A stretch of DNA of 48,250 nt from Candidatus Woesearchaeota archaeon. GTDB lineage: Archaea > Nanobdellota > Nanobdellia > Woesearchaeales > UBA12501. The stretch lies in assembly GCA_016180035.1 (NCBI GenBank), contig JACPCA010000008.1:1-48250 (forward strand), written 5' to 3'. Of this stretch, positions 43,278 through 48,250 are shown one piece after another; the first letter of the stretch is position 1; each line of letters opens with the position of its first letter. The translations under genes were made by a program, and so were the position numbers. A model generated the notes under the pieces. It was not told the origin of the DNA and ran no database searches. It worked only from the letters and a program-made list of their open reading frames with translations.

Positions 43278-43389
43278 GGTCCCGTAGCCTAGCCTGGATA
43301 GGGCGTCGGCCTTCTAAGCCGAAGGTCGGGGGTTCGAAAACGGTATGCAGAGAAAGTATTATATACCGTCGAAAGTCCCCTCGGGACCG
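43278..43389 (+). tRNA. tRNA-Arg (TCT) with 37-nt intron in the T-loop (59/60)
   Basis: Acceptor GGTCCCG/CGGGACC, D arm GCCT-AGCCTGGATA-GGGC, anticodon arm TCGGC-CTTCTAA-GCCGA (TCT at 43313-43315), T stem GGGGG/CCCCT. Intron 43339-43375, flanked by a canonical bulge-helix-bulge. Confidence 0.8.
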
Positions 43390-43391
43390 TT

Positions 43392-43463
43392 GGCGGCGTG
43401 GCTAAGCGGCTAAAGCAACCGGCTGCAGACCGGTCATCGGGAGTTCGAGTCTCTCCGCCGCCT
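43392..43463 (+). tRNA. tRNA-Cys (GCA)
   Basis: Acceptor GGCGGCG/CGCCGCC, anticodon arm ACCGG-CTGCAGA-CCGGT (GCA at 43425-43427), T arm GGGAG-TTCGAGT-CTCTC, discriminator T. 72 nt. Confidence 0.85.
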
Positions 43464-43507
43464 TGGAGGCGACAAGGGCCTGCAATCATGCTCAAGAGCG
43501 TGGCAGA

Positions 43508-44059
43508 ATGCCCCTTGCCGAAACAACAATGACAAAAGATAAAGTAGAAGCAAAACTGGTAGAAGAAAAAGTCGTTACCGAAGATTCCGACGCGGCCCGC
43601 GACATCGCCAATCAGGGCAGGTACGGGCAGATCGTGAACAAGTGCGTCGAGCTCTCTCTTCTCGAGGCGATATACCTGGTAGAGAAAGAGAAGCTCACCG
43701 TCAAAGACAAGCGCGGCAAGGAACTGCCGGCCGACCAGCTGATGGTGAAGGCGCGCAGGTATGACCCCAACATCAGCGTCCGCTACCGCGTCTTCCGGGA
43801 CATCCGGAGCAGGGGCTACATCGTCAAGACCGCGCTCAAGTTCGGCGCAGACTTTCGCGTGTACGACCGCGGCGTCAAGCCCGGCGAGGACCATGCCAAA
43901 TGGATCGTGTACCCTGTCCATGAAAGCAGCGTGATGACCTGGCGTGACTTCTCTGCGAAGAATCGGGTTGCCCACAGCACGAAGAAGCGCCTCATGATCG
44001 GCGTGGCGGACGATGAAGGAGATGTGACATTCTATGAGATCCAGTGGATGCGGCCGTAA
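43508..44059 (+). CDS. endA: tRNA-splicing endonuclease EndA (single-unit, ~183 aa)
   Basis: LSLLEAIYLVEK, YRVFRDIRSRGYIVKTALKFGADFRVY (catalytic Tyr region), HAKWIV (catalytic His), and a C-terminal SAKNRVAHSTKK region (candidate catalytic Lys). Start moved to the ATG at 43508 so that it does not overlap tRNA-Cys. Confidence 0.85.
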   Translation: MPLAETTMTKDKVEAKLVEEKVVTEDSDAARDIANQGRYGQIVNKCVELSLLEAIYLVEKEKLTVKDKRGKELPADQLMVKARRYDPNISVRYRVFRDIRSRGYIVKTALKFGADFRVYDRGVKPGEDHAKWIVYPVHESSVMTWRDFSAKNRVAHSTKKRLMIGVADDEGDVTFYEIQWMRP

Positions 44060-44115
44060 GCGCATAAAATTCCAAAGGTGGTTTTGGAATAAAACCAGTT
44101 TTGGAACATAAAAAC

Positions 44116-44123
44116 ATATAAAA
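44116..44123 (+). promoter_or_regulatory. TATA-like box (ATATAAAA)
   Basis: 22-29 nt upstream of the ATG at 44145. Confidence 0.4.
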
Positions 44124-44144
44124 CGGCTGCCGCTTCTGGCAGGC

Positions 44145-45293
44145 ATGACCCTGCAAGACACCGTAGCCCAGCTCGTCCGCCAGAAAGGCCCGCTTCTTCC
44201 GGTGGCGATCAACAAGGAGCTGAAGACCAACGTGCTCTTTGCAGCCGCCATGCTCTCCGAACTGGTAGACAGGAAACAGCTCCGGCTGACCACGATGAAG
44301 ATCGGAGGCTCCCCCCTTTATTATACGCCAGGGCAGGAAGAGAAGCTTCAGCTGTTTTCCCATCATCTCCCTGAAAAAGAGCGCAGGACGTATGACCTGC
44401 TTCGGGAAAAGAAAATTCTCCGCGATAAAGAGCAGGAACCGCTTGTCCGGGCAACGCTCCGAGAGATCAAGGATTTCGCAGTCAAGCTAGAGGTTGAAAC
44501 TGCACAATCGATGGAGATATTCTGGAAATGGTACCTTCTTCCAACCCCTGCTGCAGAAGAGCTGATCCGCCCCTTTTTTGACGAAGCCATGGAAGAAAAA
44601 ATATCCCTCCCTGCCCCATCCCCCTCCATGCCATCACCGCCTTTACACCCTCTCCAACCAGTAGTCAACATTCCATTCCCTCCAGAATCGGCGCCGCGGC
44701 AAGAACCCATGCCGATGGCACGTTCAGCCCAAGAAACGCGAAAAGAGCAAGAGAAAGAAAAACAGAGCGAAGAAAAAAAAGGGGAACAGGCAAGCGGGCC
44801 GCCAAGGCCAAGAGCGGCAAGAGAAGACGGCAGCAGAAAAGAAGAGAAACAACAGGCAAGAGAAAACGAAGGCGCAAAAGAAAAAAGCCTGCAGGAAGAG
44901 CCTGCAAAAAATAGGGAACCTGCCGTTGGAGAAAAACAGATTATCAGTGCGGATGCCCTGTTCATGGATACCACCGGCGACAAGGACAAGTTCTTCAAGA
45001 AGGTCCAATCCTACTGCGCAAAGAATGAGATCAGCATTATCAGTTATAAGATCAATAAGAGAGAAACAGAGATCGACCTTCACCTCCTCATCCCGAGCAA
45101 TGTCGGAAAGCTCCATTACTACTGCAAGGCACGGAACAAGATGAGGTGCAATGATGGAGACCTCAGCACGGCGTACATCCAAAGCCAGGCCCAAAAGCTT
45201 CCAATCCTGTTCCTCACGACCGGCGACGTGACAAAGAAGGCAGGAGCCATGGCGGCACAGGAATTCAAGACCATGACGATACAGAAGATATGA
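44145..45293 (+). CDS. Double winged-helix N-terminus, K/E/P-rich linker, C-terminal Mrr-like (PD-(D/E)xK) nuclease domain
   Basis: The C-terminal ETEIDLHLLIPSNVGKLHYYCKARNK .. ILFLTTGDVTKKA parallels the Mrr catalytic-core pattern (ID..x15..IQAKR .. ITTSxFTxxA). The N-terminus is predicted wHTH-like (SPLYYTP, LPEKERRTYDLLREKKIL). Confidence 0.55.
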   Translation: MTLQDTVAQLVRQKGPLLPVAINKELKTNVLFAAAMLSELVDRKQLRLTTMKIGGSPLYYTPGQEEKLQLFSHHLPEKERRTYDLLREKKILRDKEQEPLVRATLREIKDFAVKLEVETAQSMEIFWKWYLLPTPAAEELIRPFFDEAMEEKISLPAPSPSMPSPPLHPLQPVVNIPFPPESAPRQEPMPMARSAQETRKEQEKEKQSEEKKGEQASGPPRPRAAREDGSRKEEKQQARENEGAKEKSLQEEPAKNREPAVGEKQIISADALFMDTTGDKDKFFKKVQSYCAKNEISIISYKINKRETEIDLHLLIPSNVGKLHYYCKARNKMRCNDGDLSTAYIQSQAQKLPILFLTTGDVTKKAGAMAAQEFKTMTIQKI

Positions 45294-45344
45294 AAGGGGA
45301 TGATAGCAAGATGAGAAAGCTGAAGTATTACGAAAAGTAGAAAG

Positions 45345-45352
45345 ATATAAAA
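45345..45352 (+). promoter_or_regulatory. TATA-like box (ATATAAAA) upstream of fen1
   Basis: 34-41 nt upstream of the ATG at 45386. Confidence 0.35.
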
Positions 45353-45385
45353 AGAAACAATGCCAAGCCGTATCCCGAAAGCGTT

Positions 45386-46423
45386 ATGGGAACAAAACTT
45401 AAAGACCTTGCCGTCAAGAAAGAGATTGCCATTGCCGACTTGAAAGACAGGAAGCTCGTTGTTGACTCGTACAACATCATGTATCAGTTCCTCTCCACGA
45501 TCCGGATGTATGATGGCTCTCCGCTGAAGGATTCGCACGGCAATATCACCTCCCACTTGACCGGCCTTTTCTCCCGCACGACAAACCTGATGCAGCAGGG
45601 CCTCAAGCTTGCCTTCGTATTCGACGGAACACCGCCAAAGCTCAAGGAAGCAGAGCGGGAGCGGCGCAAGGAAGCCAAGCTCAAGGCAGAGGCAGACTAC
45701 GAGATTGCCAAGGAGCGCGAGGATTTTGAGGAGATGAAAAAGTATGCTGCGCGGACGTCCAGGCTCACGCCAGACATGGTGGAAGAGGCGAAAAAGCTGG
45801 TGGCTGCCTTGGGGCTTCCGGTCATCGAAGCGCCATCAGAGGGAGAAGCCCAGGCAGCGCGCATGGTAAATCAGGGAGATGCCTTCGCGGAGATAAGCCA
45901 GGATTATGACTGCCTGATGTTCGGCGTCAAGCGTGTCGTCCGCAACCTGACTGTGTCAGAAAAGAGGAAACTGCCAAGCAAGGCAGCGTACCAGTCCGTC
46001 TCTCCGGAGATCATCGAGCTGAAGGAGACCCTGCAGCATCTTGGCATCAGCCAGGAACAGCTCGTCCTGCTCTGCATCCTCATCGGAACAGATTATAACG
46101 TCGGGGGCATCCCGGGCATCGGCCCAAAAAAGGCATTGAAGATGGTGCAGGACTATAAGGGCAGGCAGGAAGAGATGTTCAAGGATGCCAGATGGGGCGA
46201 TCATTTTGAAACAGGCTGGAAAGAGATCATGGAAACCATCCAGAACATCCCAACCACGGACGAGTACGCGATAGCATGGAAACGGGTTGATGATGACGCT
46301 GTTGTCAAGCTCCTCTGCGACAGGCATGACTTCTCCGAAGAGCGCATCAGGGCCGTGCTCGGCAAGATGGACGAGAGCGCAAAACAGCGCCAGCAGAAAG
46401 GGCTTGGAGATTTTGTCTCATGA
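45386..46423 (+). CDS. fen: Flap endonuclease 1
   Basis: MGTKLKDL..VVDSYNIMYQFLS, VFDGTPPKLK, EAPSEGEAQAA, SQDYDCLMFG, GTDYN..IPGIGPKKA motifs. Confidence 0.95.
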   Translation: MGTKLKDLAVKKEIAIADLKDRKLVVDSYNIMYQFLSTIRMYDGSPLKDSHGNITSHLTGLFSRTTNLMQQGLKLAFVFDGTPPKLKEAERERRKEAKLKAEADYEIAKEREDFEEMKKYAARTSRLTPDMVEEAKKLVAALGLPVIEAPSEGEAQAARMVNQGDAFAEISQDYDCLMFGVKRVVRNLTVSEKRKLPSKAAYQSVSPEIIELKETLQHLGISQEQLVLLCILIGTDYNVGGIPGIGPKKALKMVQDYKGRQEEMFKDARWGDHFETGWKEIMETIQNIPTTDEYAIAWKRVDDDAVVKLLCDRHDFSEERIRAVLGKMDESAKQRQQKGLGDFVS

Positions 46424-47259
46424 AACTCCGGGAAGCGCTCCAAGGAAAGATTCCAGCAAGCAAGCTGGCACAGCTGAAGACTGCGTTCGATTCTGTCGGC
46501 AGCATCGCCATCCTTGAAATTGATGATGATATGAAAAAATATCAGCGGAGCATCGCAAAGGCGCTCCTCAGCATCCAAAAAAACATCAAGACAGTAGTGA
46601 AGAAGAAGGGCATCCATGAAGGCGCACTCCGGCTGCAGAAGGTTGCCTGGCTCGGCGGCAAGCGGACAAAAGAGACTGTCCATGTGGAAAGCGGCGTCCG
46701 GCTCCTGCTGGATATCGAAAAAGTGTATTTCTCCGTCCGGTTGGGAACCGAGCGGCTGCGGATCGCACAGCAGGTGAAGCCCGGTGAAGAGGTCCTCGTC
46801 ATGTTTTCTGGCTGCGCCCCGTACCCGTGCGTGCTGGCCAAGCACACGAAGGCAAAAGAGATCGTTGGCATTGAGCTGAATCCTGCCGGGCACGAGTACG
46901 GCCTGCAGAACGTGGCGCTCAACAAGATCAAGAATGTCACGCTGATCCATGGCGACGTGCGGAAGGCTGTTCCGGAGCTTCACCGCACATTTGACAGGAT
47001 CATCATGCCCCTGCCGCACGGAGCTGATGATTTTTTAGACGTTGCCTTCTCTGCTGCAAAAAAAGGGGCGGTCATCCACTTCTATGATTTTCTTGAGGAG
47101 AAGGACATCCCCGATGCTGCCGTGAACAAGATCAAGGCAGCCGCGGCGCGCGCAAAAAAGAAGGTGGAGATCCTGCACTGGAACAGGTGCGGCAGCAATG
47201 CGCCGAGAACGTGGAGGGTGTGCGTGGATGTGAAGGTGGTGATAGAACAGTTTAAGTGA
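46420..47259 (+). CDS. trm5: tRNA (guanine37-N1)-methyltransferase Trm5 / Met-10+ family
   Basis: FDSVGSIAILEI, VYFSVRLGTER, VLVMFSGCAPY, GIELNP, IIMPLP motifs. Start overlaps the fen stop. Confidence 0.85.
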   Translation: MKLREALQGKIPASKLAQLKTAFDSVGSIAILEIDDDMKKYQRSIAKALLSIQKNIKTVVKKKGIHEGALRLQKVAWLGGKRTKETVHVESGVRLLLDIEKVYFSVRLGTERLRIAQQVKPGEEVLVMFSGCAPYPCVLAKHTKAKEIVGIELNPAGHEYGLQNVALNKIKNVTLIHGDVRKAVPELHRTFDRIIMPLPHGADDFLDVAFSAAKKGAVIHFYDFLEEKDIPDAAVNKIKAAAARAKKKVEILHWNRCGSNAPRTWRVCVDVKVVIEQFK

Positions 47260-47337
47260 TAGTCTTGTCCACTATTCTTAACAATGTTGTTAATTTGTGG
47301 ACAATATCCTAAGCATTACTACTTATAAATAGTAAAA

Positions 47338-47347
47338 TTTATAAATA
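47338..47347 (+). promoter_or_regulatory. TATA-like box (TTTATAAATA; a second copy lies at 47323-47332)
   Basis: 24 nt upstream of the ATG at 47371. Confidence 0.4.
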
Positions 47348-47370
47348 GGCTCTTGTTTTCTTTAAATATT

Positions 47371-47895
47371 ATGATACCGCTTGAAGATAGAATTAAATGG
47401 GCTGAAAGAGCAGATAAAAATCAAAACCCCGCCAATTTCTTTAGACAGCACTATGATCCTGATACTACAAGAAGCCAATTAGCCAAAAAAGATTGCGCAT
47501 TGTACAGGATATTAAGCAGGAAAAGATTGCTTGATGAGGCCATACCTGATTTTGACCATGAAACATCTGAAAGAGTAAGAAGGGCACGCACAGAAGTAAG
47601 TAGGTTTGGAAATGACCCATTTGCATATTACCAAGAGCATCATGCTGGATTGACAAGAGGACAATTGTGGAAGCAAGACCAAAGCTTGTATCAGAGATTA
47701 AGAAGTGATGGGTTGTTGGACCAGGTTCCTGTTACAAGAACAGATTTTGGAAATGATCCTGTTGCATATTACCAAGAGCATTATGCTGGATTGACAAGAG
47801 GACAATTAAAAAAGCAAGACCCAAGCTTGTATCAGAGATTAAGAAGAAATGGCTTATTGGACAATGTTCCTGCTAAACCTATTAAGATTAGATAG
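47371..47895 (+). CDS. Hypothetical protein made of three ~47-aa repeats
   Basis: Repeats 2 and 3 (47605-47745 and 47746-~47880) are near-identical at nucleotide level: FGNDP(F/V)AYYQEH(H/Y)AGLTRGQL.KQD.SLYQRLR..GLLD.VP. Repeat 1 has diverged. The track start TTG (47353) was replaced by the ATG at 47371. Confidence 0.5.
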   Translation: MIPLEDRIKWAERADKNQNPANFFRQHYDPDTTRSQLAKKDCALYRILSRKRLLDEAIPDFDHETSERVRRARTEVSRFGNDPFAYYQEHHAGLTRGQLWKQDQSLYQRLRSDGLLDQVPVTRTDFGNDPVAYYQEHYAGLTRGQLKKQDPSLYQRLRRNGLLDNVPAKPIKIR

Positions 47896-48250
47896 GGATA
47901 CCTGGAATTGCCCCCTTTCTCGTTTTTAGGGCTCCAAATTTATTGAATATGATCCTTGTTATACTCAATTTTTGCGTTGCCTTTCAGGTACATTCCTCGT
48001 CGGAAAACCGAGACTTCTTAACGGAACTAACTTCGTTTAGCGAGGAGAAAAACGGAAAAATAATTCAATTGAAACTGAATCTAACGTATGCTAAACAAAA
48101 TTTTTTATTACTTTAACGGTGGGGTTCCGTTATTAAAGACTATACTTTGAAAAAAATAACATTTTTTGGGGGAAATCGGCTATCCCCCCGCTAAAGCGTG
48201 GGGGTCTTTATCGCCGATTTCCGGTCAGATGAGGGTTTTTTGTTTGGTGC

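Overview
Archaeal chromosomal segment. The markers are eL19, eL32, eS4, aSUI1, Rpp29, topoisomerase VI A/B, EndA, FEN1, Trm5 and archaeal DnaG. The lineage cannot be named from sequence alone. The many low-complexity protein extensions, a giant surface protein and small structured repeats are reminiscent of uncultivated or DPANN-like archaea.

Layout:
- 0.5-5.6 kb (+): overlapping-stop/start operon of aldehyde dehydrogenase, class-III aminotransferase, M42 peptidase-like protein and threonine synthase.
- 5.6-8.4 kb: a split secreted-protein gene and a geranylgeranyl reductase.
- 8.7-25.3 kb (-): complete ribosomal-protein superoperon, uL3 to uL15, then secY and a DUF106/EMC3-type insertase.
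- 26.0-31.5 kb (-): one 1853-aa N-terminally anchored surface protein.
- 31.9-47.3 kb: information-processing and ribosome-biogenesis genes (Fap7-like kinase, DnaG, RIO kinase, Dim2-like KH protein, Top6B/A, EndA, FEN1, Trm5) and three tRNAs, two with introns.
- 47.3-48.25 kb: AT-rich tail with a tandem-repeat protein.

No rRNA gene, CRISPR array or transposase gene was seen.

The most unusual signal is non-coding. At least eight small (165-300 bp), highly structured, MITE/REP-like elements fall into related families, and three carry perfect 9-bp target-site duplications.
- One sits inside the essential r-protein operon, between rpl14 and rpl24.
- One is a dimer of two inverted structured modules, between a stop codon and the promoter of the giant surface-protein gene.
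- A palindromic family sits just 3' of genes and shows fully compensatory stem changes between copies.

Many genes have a TATA-like box about 20-25 nt upstream of the ATG, which suggests leaderless transcripts. Several track ORFs begin at TTG or GTG, and those starts were moved to the first plausible ATG.
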